Assembly: GCA_020441165.1 (NCBI GenBank)
Contig: JAGRMU010000264.1
Span: forward strand, 3,257 to 36,908
Reading direction: 5' to 3'
Origin: Sedimentitalea sp.
GTDB lineage: Bacteria > Pseudomonadota > Alphaproteobacteria > Rhodobacterales > Rhodobacteraceae
DNA: 33,652 nucleotides
Shown here: positions 8,755-17,758 of the stretch, piece after piece
How positions within the stretch are numbered: position 1 is the first letter of the stretch
Layout of the letters: each line of letters begins with the position of its first letter
Notes under the pieces: generated by a model
Seen by the model: the letters and a program-made list of their open reading frames with translations, nothing else
The model's database searches: none
Told to the model about the DNA's origin: nothing
Made by a program: the position numbers and the translations under genes

Positions 8755-8913
8755 ATGAAACGGTTTCTTGCGCTGATCGCCTTTCTTGCCCTTGCGGGCT
8801 TCGTTCTCGTCCTGATCCTCGAGGTGCCGAGCCCCGACCTGATCGCCGTGTCGGTCCTGACCATCGCCCTGGTCGCCTATGACTTCATAACGTCCAGCGG
8901 CAAGAGCGGGTAG
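8755..8913 (+). CDS. small hydrophobic protein, 52 aa, two predicted TM helices (unlisted ORF)
   Basis: GAGGAG, then 5 nt, then ATG 8755, which is 21 nt after the amidase stop. Sequence is MKRFLALIAFLALAGFVLVLILEVPSPDLIAVSVLTIALVAYDFITSSGKSG followed by a stop. It is below the length cutoff of the ORF track. Confidence 0.5.
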   Translation: MKRFLALIAFLALAGFVLVLILEVPSPDLIAVSVLTIALVAYDFITSSGKSG

Positions 8914-9165
8914 CAACGCGCCCTCCGTCAGCGGCATCGTCCGGGTCGACGGGCGTCACGCGGAAGGCGGGCGCCCCAGACTGACGATTTCCGCAAGATC
9001 GCCGCCGCCGCATCCCCTCGTGCTTGAGTTCGTTTGAGCCCGAAGCACTCCGCCCGGCAGCGATAGTCAGCGAACGCCCGGCCCGTGGGACGCAATCGGC
9101 GCGCTTGTTTCGCGGCAGGGGCCATCGTATCCGTCGAGGGACTGGCAGGAAAAGGACCGATCCCG

Positions 9166-10785
9166 GTGCCCCAGGGTGTCTCGCCGCTGCAGCTCTTCCG
9201 CAACCAGACCTTCCGGATGCTCTGGGTCGCGGCGCTGGCGTCGAATTTCGGCGGGCTGGTGCAGGCGGTCGGCGCCGCCTGGATGATGACCTCGCTGTCG
9301 AATTCCGAGCGGATGGTGGCGCTTGTGCAGGGCTCGGTCACGCTGCCGATCATGGTCTTCTCGCTGCTGGCCGGGGTGTTCGCCGACAATTTCGACCGCC
9401 GGCGGGTGATGCTGATTGCGCAGGGCTTCATGTTCGCAGTGTCGGTGGCGTTGACCCTGATGGCCTATGAGGGGTTGCTGACGCCCTGGACGCTGCTGGG
9501 GTTCACCTTCCTGATCGGCTGCGGCACGGCGCTGCACAACCCGTCCTGGCAGGCGACGATGGGCGATATTGTTAGCCGCGAGGACCTGCCCTCGGCGGTC
9601 TCGCTCAACAGCATGGGCTTCAACCTGATGCGCAGCATCGGGCCGGCAGCGGGCGGGGCGATCGTGGCGCTGGCCGGTGCGGCGGCGGCTTTCGCGGTCA
9701 ACGCGCTGAGCTACATCGCGATCATCGTCGCGCTGCTGCGCTGGCGGGCGCCGGTGCGCGAGCAGCGCCTGCCGCGCGAGCCGATGGGCAGCGCGTTTTC
9801 CGCCGGCCTGCGCTATGTCGCCATGTCGCCGAACCTCATGCGGGTGATCCTGCGCGGCTTCCTTTTCGGGCTGGCGGCGATCGCCCTGCAGGCGCTGCTA
9901 CCGCTCGTCGTGCGCCAGACGCTGCAGGGCAGCGCCTTCCTCTACGGGGTGATGCTGGGTTGTTTCGGGATCGGGGCGGTGGGCGGCGCGCTGGCCAATG
10001 TCCGGCTCCGGGCGCGGTTCGTGAACGAGCAGATCGCGCGCGGCGCCTTCCTGGGCTTCGCGGCGGCCACCGGCATCCTCGCCTTCAGCACCCAGGCGGT
10101 GCTCAGCGGCGCCGCGCTGCTTCTGGCCGGCGCCTGCTGGGTTCTGGCGCTGTCGATGTTCAACGTCACGATCCAGCTTTCGACGCCGCGCTGGGTGGTG
10201 GGGCGGGCGATCGCGCTCTACCAGACCGGCACGTTCGGCGGCATGGCCTCGGGCAGCTGGCTTTGGGGCGCGGTGGCGCAGCATGGCACGCTGGAGCTGG
10301 CGCTGCTCGGCGCCGCCGGCGTGCTGGTCGCCGGGGCGTTGATCGGGCTGCGCCTGCCGCTGCCGGAGTTCGGCGCGCTCAATCTCGACCCGCTGAACCG
10401 GTTCCGCGAACCGGTTTTGCGGCTCGATCTGACTTATCGCAGCGGGCCGGTCATGGTGATGGTCGACTATGTCATCGACCCCGCCGACGTGCCCGAGTTC
10501 CTTGCCGCGATGAGCCAGCGGCGCCGGATCCGCATCCGCGACGGCGCCCAGCAATGGGTGCTCTTGCGCGACCTCGAGAATCCCGAGCAGTGGAGCGAGA
10601 GCTATCACGTACCGACCTGGGGCGAATATGTGCGCCACAACGAACGGCGCACCCATGCCGATGCCGAGGTTTCCGATCGCCTGCGGGCGCTGCACCGCGG
10701 GCCGGGATCGCCCAGGGTGCACCGCATGATCGAGCGCCAGACCGTTCCGCGCCACGACGACATGCGGATCAAACCGCAGGGTTAG
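9166..10785 (+). CDS. MFS transporter with C-terminal soluble extension
   Basis: Polytopic N-terminal roughly 420 aa (FRMLWVAALASNFGGLVQAVGAAWMM..., DNFDRRRVML loop motif). The last roughly 110 aa are hydrophilic (VMVMVDYVIDPADVPEFLAAMSQRRRIRIRDGAQQWVLLRDLENPEQWSESYHVPTWGEYVRHNERRT). Candidate starts are GTG 9166 (AGGAAAAGGA upstream), GTG 9085 and ATG 9217. Confidence 0.8.
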   Translation: MPQGVSPLQLFRNQTFRMLWVAALASNFGGLVQAVGAAWMMTSLSNSERMVALVQGSVTLPIMVFSLLAGVFADNFDRRRVMLIAQGFMFAVSVALTLMAYEGLLTPWTLLGFTFLIGCGTALHNPSWQATMGDIVSREDLPSAVSLNSMGFNLMRSIGPAAGGAIVALAGAAAAFAVNALSYIAIIVALLRWRAPVREQRLPREPMGSAFSAGLRYVAMSPNLMRVILRGFLFGLAAIALQALLPLVVRQTLQGSAFLYGVMLGCFGIGAVGGALANVRLRARFVNEQIARGAFLGFAAATGILAFSTQAVLSGAALLLAGACWVLALSMFNVTIQLSTPRWVVGRAIALYQTGTFGGMASGSWLWGAVAQHGTLELALLGAAGVLVAGALIGLRLPLPEFGALNLDPLNRFREPVLRLDLTYRSGPVMVMVDYVIDPADVPEFLAAMSQRRRIRIRDGAQQWVLLRDLENPEQWSESYHVPTWGEYVRHNERRTHADAEVSDRLRALHRGPGSPRVHRMIERQTVPRHDDMRIKPQG

Positions 10786-11297
10786 GGATTGACGTGTTGA
10801 AGATCGCATCCGGCCCGAATGTGGGTGCGGTTCGCACTGGCGTCCCGTAGAGGCGCGCGGCTGCGCATCCTGCCCTCGCCGTCCTAACGGCGGAGCTCGG
10901 CCGCAAGGCGCAGCCTCCAGGGTGGCGGCGAGGCGGGCGATCTCGCGGGCGTGGAAGGCGGGCTAAGTCTCGTCCGGCTCCGGACCGCGTTGCCGGCTGC
11001 GCGCGAGGTCGAAGAACCCCCTGCCGGGCAGGCCGCCGCAAGTGCGCGCCATCGCGCCTTCGACCCTGCTGGTGCTCGACGAGGGGACGATTTCTGCGCC
11101 TGCTCAAACTCGGTGAAGCGATCCAAACCGCCGTTCAGGACAGCGCAATCCGGCGCGGCATCCCGGTCGAGAAGCTGTCAGGCAGGCTCGACAAGCTTGG
11201 TTGATCGCGCCGTCGCAGCTTTCTCGCCGCCGCTGGGCTTTGAGATGATCGCGTTTCAAGATATGCTCAAAAGTCATCAAAGGGAGGCACGTGTACC

Positions 11298-12563
11298 ATG
11301 ACAGAAACAATTCCGCCGAATGCTGCAACAGGCAGCGAGACCGCAGAAAAGCCTGCGCGCCGGGCGTTCCTGAAAACCACCGGCCTCAGTACCTTGGGGG
11401 CCTATGTGGGCATGACGATCCCGTTCGAAGCGAATCTGATGGCGCTTGCCCAGGGGATGAGCGAGGAAGACATCATGCAGGGCAAGGACGGGCTGATCCT
11501 GATGAACGACCGGCCGCTCAACGCCGAGACGCCCGCGCATCTGCTCGATGACGACGTCACGCCCTACAAATACTTCTTCGTCCGCAACAATGGGCTTGTC
11601 CCCGATACCGCGCTGAACATGAACGCCGAGGGCTGGACCCTGACCGTCGACGGCGAAGTCGACACGCCCCTGGAGCTGACCCTCGCCGATCTGAAGGAGA
11701 AGTTCGAGGTGATCACCCGGCGGCTGGTCATCGAATGCGGCGGCAACGGGCGGGCCTATTTCAATCCCGGCGCGTCGGGCAACCAGTGGACGACAGGCGC
11801 GGTGGGCTGCGCCGACTGGACCGGCGTGCGCCTCAGCGATGTGCTCAATGCCGCGGGGGTGAAAGACAGTGCGGTCTATACCGGACATTTCGGCAACGAC
11901 CCGCACCTGTCGGGCGATGCCGAAAAGGAAGCCATCTCGCGCGGCGTGCCCATCGAGAAGGCGATGGCCGAGGGCGGCATGATCGCCTGGGACATGAACG
12001 GCGAACCGATCCCGGCGGTCCACGGGTTTCCGCTGCGGGTGATCAACCCCGGCTACCCCGGATCGGCCTCGCAGAAGTTCCTGACCCGGATCTGGGTGCG
12101 CGACAAGGTGCATGACGGGGCCAAGATGACCGGCTATTCCTACCGTCTGCCGGCCTATCCCGTCGCCCCCGGGACGGAAGTGCCCGAAGAGGACATGGTG
12201 ATCATGACCGAGATGCCGGTCAAATCGCTGATCACCTTTCCGCAATCGGGCGCCGAAACGCCGGCCGGCCAGGCAACCGAAATACGGGGCCACGCCTGGG
12301 CGGGCAGCGGTGATATCGCGGCGGTGGATGTCTCCATCGACTTCGGCCAAACCTGGATCGCGGCGCGGCTGGAGCCTGCGATAAACAAGTTCGCATGGCA
12401 GCGGTTCCGCGCCGACGTCACCTTGCCGCAGGCCGGCTATTACGAGGTGTGGGCGCGGGCGACCGATATGAACGGCGTTGCCCAGCCCCCGGTCGTGCCA
12501 GGCTGGAACCCGCGCGGCTATGGCAACAACATGCAGCACCGCATCGCCTTGATCGCCACCTGA
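11298..12563 (+). CDS. sorA: sulfite-oxidase-family molybdopterin oxidoreductase, SorA-like sulfite dehydrogenase catalytic subunit
   Basis: Tat signal (KPARRAFLKTTGL). Moco-Cys motif region VIECGGNGRAYF. Also has NAETPAHLLDDDVTPYKYFFVRNNG and a C-terminal dimerisation-domain-like region. AAGGGAGG RBS. The symbol is a family-level guess. Confidence 0.8.
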   Translation: MTETIPPNAATGSETAEKPARRAFLKTTGLSTLGAYVGMTIPFEANLMALAQGMSEEDIMQGKDGLILMNDRPLNAETPAHLLDDDVTPYKYFFVRNNGLVPDTALNMNAEGWTLTVDGEVDTPLELTLADLKEKFEVITRRLVIECGGNGRAYFNPGASGNQWTTGAVGCADWTGVRLSDVLNAAGVKDSAVYTGHFGNDPHLSGDAEKEAISRGVPIEKAMAEGGMIAWDMNGEPIPAVHGFPLRVINPGYPGSASQKFLTRIWVRDKVHDGAKMTGYSYRLPAYPVAPGTEVPEEDMVIMTEMPVKSLITFPQSGAETPAGQATEIRGHAWAGSGDIAAVDVSIDFGQTWIAARLEPAINKFAWQRFRADVTLPQAGYYEVWARATDMNGVAQPPVVPGWNPRGYGNNMQHRIALIAT

Positions 12564-12616
12564 CCTCACGCCGGAACCGGGCGATGCGCCGCGGTTCCGG
12601 CCCTCAGCCGAAAGAC

Positions 12617-13012
12617 ATGGCCATGACCAGGACACTCACTTCTTTGCGGCTTGCGCTGTGTCTATCGCTCGCGATCGGTGCAACCGGTGCCGTCGCGCAG
12701 GCCTACGACCCGATGCGCCCGGCCGCCAATCCACTGGCGCCGAGCGCGCCCGCTCCGGACCCCGCCACGCCCGAGGCGGCCCCGAACCCCGAGCTTGGAG
12801 ACCTCCCCGATGGCGACGGCGCGGAGGCAACCTATTACCAGTGCGTCGCCTGTCATTCGACCGCGATCATCCGCCAGCAAAGGCTGACCGATGCCCGCTG
12901 GGATTACCTGTGGAGCTGGATGGTGAAAGAACAGGGCATGTACGAGCCGGACGACGAAACCAAAGATGAAATCCTGACCTATCTGAAGACGCATTTCTCC
13001 TCGGAGCGGTAG
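12617..13012 (+). CDS. sorB: mono-heme c-type cytochrome, SorB-like electron acceptor subunit
   Basis: Signal peptide MAMTRTLTSLRLALCLSLAIGATGAVAQA, a Pro/Ala-rich linker, a single CXXCH (YYQCVACHS), then DARWDYLWSWMVKEQGM. ATG 12584 is an alternative start. Confidence 0.75.
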   Translation: MAMTRTLTSLRLALCLSLAIGATGAVAQAYDPMRPAANPLAPSAPAPDPATPEAAPNPELGDLPDGDGAEATYYQCVACHSTAIIRQQRLTDARWDYLWSWMVKEQGMYEPDDETKDEILTYLKTHFSSER

Positions 13013-13110
13013 ACAAGGGCTTCTGACAGGTCACACTCACCCTTTCATCCCTGACGTGATTCAGGATTCCCACCTGTTCTGATCCGCGCTTCGCTGTCCG
13101 CCTGCGGCCG

Positions 13111-14091
13111 TCAGAGGGGCCGCTTGAAGCGGCGCGAGATCACGCCGACGATGCCCTCGCGGAACAGCAGCACGCTGAGCACGAAGATCACCCCCTGGAT
13201 GACCGTCACCCAGGCTCCGAACGTGGCCAGATAGTTCTGCATCGTCACGATCACCGCCGCGCCGACCAGCGGGCCGAAGATGGTGCCCATGCCGCCCAGC
13301 AAGGTCATCAGCACCACCTCGCCGGACATGCTCCAATGCACATCGGTCAGCGAGGCCAGCTGGAACACCTGGCTTTTCGTCGCCCCGGCCAGACCGGCAA
13401 AGGTCGCGGACAGAACGAACACCAGAAGCTTGTAGCGGTTGACGTTGTAGCCCAGCGAGATCGCCCGCGCCTCGTTCTCGCGGATCGCCTTGAGGACCTG
13501 CCCGAAGGGCGAATGGGTGATCCGGTAGAGGAAGAGGACGCCGCCGAAGGTCACCGCCAGCACGAAGAAATAGAGCGCGATATTGTCCTGGAGCGAAATG
13601 AGCCCGAACAGATCGCCGCGCGGCACCGACTGGATGCCATCTTCGCCGCCGGTGAACTCGGTTTGCAGCGCGAAGAAATAGACCATCTGCGCGAAGGCCA
13701 GCGTGACCATCGCGAAATAGATGCCCTGCCGGCGCACCGCCAGCGCGCCGATCGCCAGGCCCAGCAGCGCCGCCGCGCCGGTTCCGGCCAGCACCGCCAG
13801 CTCCGGCGTCAGCCCCCAGACCTTGGCGGCATGGGCGGCGACATAGCTGGCGGTCCCGAAAAACGCCGCATGTCCGAAGGACAGCAACCCGCCAAAGCCC
13901 AGCAGCAGGTTGAAGGCGGCCGCAAACAGCGCGAAACACATCACCTTCATGGCGAAGACCGGGTAGACCATGAACGGCAGCACCATCAGGAACGCCAGCA
14001 GCACCAGAAAGATGACCTTGTGCAGGACCGGCATGCCGGCACTTGGCGGCACATGGATGCGCTCGTCGCCCTGGTTCTCGGTCAACGCCAT
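13111..14091 (-). CDS. livM: branched-chain-amino-acid-type (HAAT) ABC transporter permease, LivM-like
   Basis: 326 aa from ATG 14091 (MALTENQG...). The start overlaps the livH-like TAA by 1 nt (TAATG). The track ORF extension to 14526 overlaps livH out of frame. Confidence 0.9.
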   Translation of the reverse strand: MALTENQGDERIHVPPSAGMPVLHKVIFLVLLAFLMVLPFMVYPVFAMKVMCFALFAAAFNLLLGFGGLLSFGHAAFFGTASYVAAHAAKVWGLTPELAVLAGTGAAALLGLAIGALAVRRQGIYFAMVTLAFAQMVYFFALQTEFTGGEDGIQSVPRGDLFGLISLQDNIALYFFVLAVTFGGVLFLYRITHSPFGQVLKAIRENEARAISLGYNVNRYKLLVFVLSATFAGLAGATKSQVFQLASLTDVHWSMSGEVVLMTLLGGMGTIFGPLVGAAVIVTMQNYLATFGAWVTVIQGVIFVLSVLLFREGIVGVISRRFKRPL

Positions 14092-14978
14092 TACACAGCC
14101 CTTCCAAACAGCCCTTCGGGTTTGATCATCAAGACGATCGCCATGATGACGAAGATGACCACTGCCGAGCCCTCCGGATAGAACACCCGGGCCAGCCCCT
14201 CGACGAGGCCGAGGCCGAAGCCGGTCAGGATCGCGCCCATGATCGAACCCATGCCGCCGATCACCACCACCGCGAAGACGACGATGATCAGATCCGCGCC
14301 CATGTTGGGGTTGACCGAATAGATCGGCGCCGCCAGCACCCCGGCGAATGCCGCCAGCGCCACCCCGAAACCGTAGGTCAGCGTGATCATCAGCGGCACG
14401 TTGATGCCGAAGGCACCGACCAGCACCGGGTTCTCGGTGGCGGCGCGCAGATAGGCGCCCAGACGGGTCCTCTCGATCATGAACCAGGTGCCGAAACAGA
14501 CCACGACCGAGGCCAGAACCACCCATGCGCGGTAGTTTGGCAGGAACATGAACCCCAGGTTCTGCCCGCCCGAAAGCGCCGCCGGGATCTGATAGGACAT
14601 GCCCGAAATGCCGTAATAGTTGCGGAACAGCCCCTGGATGATCAGCGCCAGACCGAAGGTCAGCAGCAGCCCGTAAAGGTGATCGAGATGGTAAAGGCGC
14701 GACAGCATCGTGCGTTCAAGAAGGATGCCGAAACCGCCGACGATCAGCGGCGACAGGATCAGTGCCGGCCAGTACCCGATCCCGGCATAGTTCAGCAGCA
14801 TCCAGCCGATGAATGCGCCCATCATGTAGAGCGCGCCATGGGCGAAGTTGATGATGTTGAGCAGGCCGAAGATCACCGCCAGGCCCAGCGATAGGACGGC
14901 GTAGAACGATCCGTTGATCAGGCCCAGAAACAGTTGCCCCATCAGGACCTGCGGCGATATTCCGAGAAGTTCGAACAT
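14091..14978 (-). CDS. livH: HAAT ABC transporter permease, LivH-like
   Basis: 295 aa: MFELLGISPQVLMGQLFLGLINGSFYAVLSLGLAVIFGLLNIINFAHGALYMMGAF... Confidence 0.9.
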   Translation of the reverse strand: MFELLGISPQVLMGQLFLGLINGSFYAVLSLGLAVIFGLLNIINFAHGALYMMGAFIGWMLLNYAGIGYWPALILSPLIVGGFGILLERTMLSRLYHLDHLYGLLLTFGLALIIQGLFRNYYGISGMSYQIPAALSGGQNLGFMFLPNYRAWVVLASVVVCFGTWFMIERTRLGAYLRAATENPVLVGAFGINVPLMITLTYGFGVALAAFAGVLAAPIYSVNPNMGADLIIVVFAVVVIGGMGSIMGAILTGFGLGLVEGLARVFYPEGSAVVIFVIMAIVLMIKPEGLFGRAV

Positions 14979-15005
14979 GCGGGTTATCCGGTCCGGGAAG
15001 GTGCC

Positions 15006-15035
15006 GTCGGGCGGGCGGGAACTCGCCCGCCCGAC
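15006..15035 (-). promoter_or_regulatory. intercistronic stem-loop after the binding-protein gene
   Basis: GTCGGGCGGGCG ggaact CGCCCGCCCGAC is a perfect 12-bp stem with a 6-nt loop. It lies between the binding-protein stop (15045) and the livH-like start (14978). Confidence 0.5.
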
Positions 15036-15044
15036 GCATTCAGA

Positions 15045-16247
15045 TCAGCTCTTGGTGAAATCGCATTCCGGCAGCATCGGCAGGAACGCCTCTTCTCCCG
15101 GAATCGTCGAGATCTTCTTGAACAGATCCCACTCGCCAGTGGACTCGTCCGGACTCTTCACCTCGTAAAGGTACATATCGTGGATGCCGCGGCCGTCACC
15201 GCGGACATAGCCCTTGCCAAGCAGCGCGTCCTCGAACGGGTTGGCCTTCATCCAAGCCGCGACCTTGTCACCATCGGTGCTGCCGGTGGCCTCGACCGCG
15301 GCCAGGTAGTGCAGGACCGAAGAATAGACTCCGGCGGTGATCATGCTCGGCTTGGCGCCGCGCTCCTTCTCGAAGCGTTCCGTCCACGCGCGAGTCGCGT
15401 CGTCGGTGTCCCAGTAGAAGGCGCTGGTCAGTTGCAGACCCTGTGCCGTCTGCGGTCCCAGCGCATGCACGTCATTGATAAAGATCAGTAACCCGGCCAG
15501 CTTCTGCCCTGCCTGGGTGACGCCGAACTCGGCCGCCTGCTTGATCGCGTTGATCGTGTCGCCGCCGGCATTGGCCAGGCCGATGACATCGGCGCCGCTG
15601 CCCTGGGCCTGCAGCAGGAAAGACGAGAAATCGGTCGCCGGGAACGGAACGTTGACGCTGCCGACGACCTCGCCGCCATTGGCCTCGACCACTTTCGTGG
15701 TGTTCTCCTCGAGCGAGTGACCGAAGGCATAATCGGCGGTGAGGAAGAACCATTTCTTGCCGCCCGCATCGGTGACCGCCTTGCCGGTACCGTTGGCGAG
15801 CGCGGCGGTGTCATAGGTCCAGTGGATCGTGGTCGGCGCGCACTGCTCGCGAGTCAACGCGGTCGAGCCGGGACCGGAGGCGAGAAAGATCTTGTTGGCA
15901 TCGGCGACGATCTGCGCCACCGCCAGCGCCACCGAGGATGTCGGAACGTCGACGATCGCGGTGACCCCTTCCTGGTCGAGCCATTGCCGCACGATGTTCG
16001 ATCCCACGTCCGGCTTGTTCTGGTGATCTGCGGAAATCACCTCGACGTTCAGGCCCTTGCCCGCGGCATCGAAATCCTCGACCGCCATGCGCGCGGCGAT
16101 CACCGACCCCTCGCCGGCGATATCGGCATAGACGCCCGAACGGTCGTTCAGAACCCCAAGCTTGACGTCGATGTCGGCCAGCGCCAGCGTCGGCGCGCCG
16201 GCGATCAGCGCCAGAGCCGTGGTGCAGGTTGCAAGTCTCTTGATCAT
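15045..16247 (-). CDS. ABC transporter substrate-binding protein, Leu/Ile/Val-binding (type 1 PBP) family
   Basis: 400 aa. Signal peptide MIKRLATCTTALALIAGAPTLALA, then DIDVKLGVLNDRSGVYADIAGEGSVIAARMAVEDF. AGGAGGAAAGAC precedes the ATG. Confidence 0.9.
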   Translation of the reverse strand: MIKRLATCTTALALIAGAPTLALADIDVKLGVLNDRSGVYADIAGEGSVIAARMAVEDFDAAGKGLNVEVISADHQNKPDVGSNIVRQWLDQEGVTAIVDVPTSSVALAVAQIVADANKIFLASGPGSTALTREQCAPTTIHWTYDTAALANGTGKAVTDAGGKKWFFLTADYAFGHSLEENTTKVVEANGGEVVGSVNVPFPATDFSSFLLQAQGSGADVIGLANAGGDTINAIKQAAEFGVTQAGQKLAGLLIFINDVHALGPQTAQGLQLTSAFYWDTDDATRAWTERFEKERGAKPSMITAGVYSSVLHYLAAVEATGSTDGDKVAAWMKANPFEDALLGKGYVRGDGRGIHDMYLYEVKSPDESTGEWDLFKKISTIPGEEAFLPMLPECDFTKS

Positions 16248-16290
16248 GTCTTTCCTCCTGATTTCGGCGCCGTTGCGCCCATGACTTCGA

Positions 16291-17016
16291 TCAGACGCCC
16301 AGATAGGCGTGCAGCTTGTCGATATTGGCCTCCAGCTCGGAATTGGGAATCATGTCCACCACCCGGCCTTGATCCACCACATAGTGCCGATCCGCCACCG
16401 CGGCGGCAAAGCGGAAATTCTGCTCGACCAGAACGATGGTGAACCCTTCCGCCTTCAGCGCCTCGATGGTGTGGCCGATCTGCTGGACGATCACCGGCGC
16501 CAGCCCCTCGGTGGGCTCATCCAGCAGCAGCATCTTGGCGCCGGTGCGCAGGATCCGGGCGATGGCAAGCATCTGCTGCTCGCCGCCCGACAGCTTGGTG
16601 CCCTGGCTGCGCAGCCGCTCCTTGAGGTTGGGGAACAACTCGAAGATGCGCTCGACGCTCAGCCCGCCCTCCTGGATCTGCGGCGGCAGCATCAGGTTTT
16701 CCTCGACGTTCAGCGACGAGAAGATGCCGCGCTCCTCGGGGCAGAGCGCGATCCCCAGCCGCGCGATCTGTCGTGGCTGCAAGGCGATGGTCTCGTCCCC
16801 CCGGAAGCGGACCGAGCCCTTGCGCTTGGAAAGGATGCCCATGATCGCCAGCAGGGTCGATGTCTTGCCGGCGCCGTTGCGCCCCAGCAGCGTGACCACC
16901 TCGCCCTCGCGCACATCGAAATCGATGCCGTGCAGAACATGGCTCTCGCCGTACCAGCCCTCGAGCCCGGCAACGACCAGCAGCGCCTCCCCGGACGGGC
17001 TTGCAGGGTCAGTCAT
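16291..17016 (-). CDS. livF: HAAT ABC transporter ATP-binding protein, LivF-like
   Basis: Walker A GRNGAGKTST, signature LSGGEQQML, Walker B MLLLDEPTEG. Overlaps the livG-like gene by 8 nt. Confidence 0.9.
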   Translation of the reverse strand: MTDPASPSGEALLVVAGLEGWYGESHVLHGIDFDVREGEVVTLLGRNGAGKTSTLLAIMGILSKRKGSVRFRGDETIALQPRQIARLGIALCPEERGIFSSLNVEENLMLPPQIQEGGLSVERIFELFPNLKERLRSQGTKLSGGEQQMLAIARILRTGAKMLLLDEPTEGLAPVIVQQIGHTIEALKAEGFTIVLVEQNFRFAAAVADRHYVVDQGRVVDMIPNSELEANIDKLHAYLGV

Positions 17017-17758
17017 GGCTCGCTCCGATATAGGCGTCGATCACGGCGGGGGATTTCGACACGCTCGCATAGTCGCCCTCGGCCAGCACCTCGCCGCGGG
17101 CCAGAACGGTGATCCGGTCCGACAGGTCCGCGACCACCGACAGGTTGTGCTCGACCATCAGGATGGTGCGGTTCTGGGCGATGCGCCGGATCAGGTCCGA
17201 GATCCGGCTCACGTCCTCCTGCGCCATGCCCGCCATCGGCTCGTCCAGCAGCAGCATCTCGGGATCGAGCGCCAGGGTGGTGGCGATCTCCAGCGCCCGT
17301 TTGCGGCCATAGGACAGCTCGGCGGCCCGGTGGTGCAGGAACTCGCCCAGGCCGACATCGGCGATATGCGCCTCGGCCTGCGCGTTGTAGCGGCTGAGGA
17401 TCCTCTCCGAGCGCCAGAAGTCATAGCTTTCGCCGCGGGCGCGCTGCAGCGCGACGCGCACGTTCTGCAGCACCGTCAGGTCCGGGAACACCGCCGATAT
17501 CTGGAACGAGCGCACCATCCCCAGCCGCGCGATCTCGGCCGGCTTCAGCCGGGTGATGTCGCGCCCCTTGTAGATGATGGTGCCCCGGGTCGGCTGCAGG
17601 AACTTGGTCAGCAGGTTGAAACAGGTGGTCTTGCCGGCCCCGTTGGGACCGATCAGCGCATGGATCGCGCCTTGCTCGACCTTCAGGTCGACATTGTTGA
17701 CCGCAACGAAGCCCTTGAACTCCTTCGTCAGGCCCTTCGCTTCAAGCGCAACGCTCAT
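17009..17758 (-). CDS. livG: HAAT ABC transporter ATP-binding protein, LivG-like
   Basis: Walker A GPNGAGKTT, signature LSYGRKRAL, Walker B MLLLDEPMAG, and the LivG-type C-terminal region. Confidence 0.9.
   Translation of the reverse strand: MSVALEAKGLTKEFKGFVAVNNVDLKVEQGAIHALIGPNGAGKTTCFNLLTKFLQPTRGTIIYKGRDITRLKPAEIARLGMVRSFQISAVFPDLTVLQNVRVALQRARGESYDFWRSERILSRYNAQAEAHIADVGLGEFLHHRAAELSYGRKRALEIATTLALDPEMLLLDEPMAGMAQEDVSRISDLIRRIAQNRTILMVEHNLSVVADLSDRITVLARGEVLAEGDYASVSKSPAVIDAYIGASHD

Noticed and set aside
7279-8937. 552-aa minus-strand ORF
   Set aside because: It is antisense to the well-supported amidase gene. It has Arg/Gly/Pro/Ala-rich low-complexity composition typical of off-frame ORFs in high-GC DNA, and I recognise no motifs in it.
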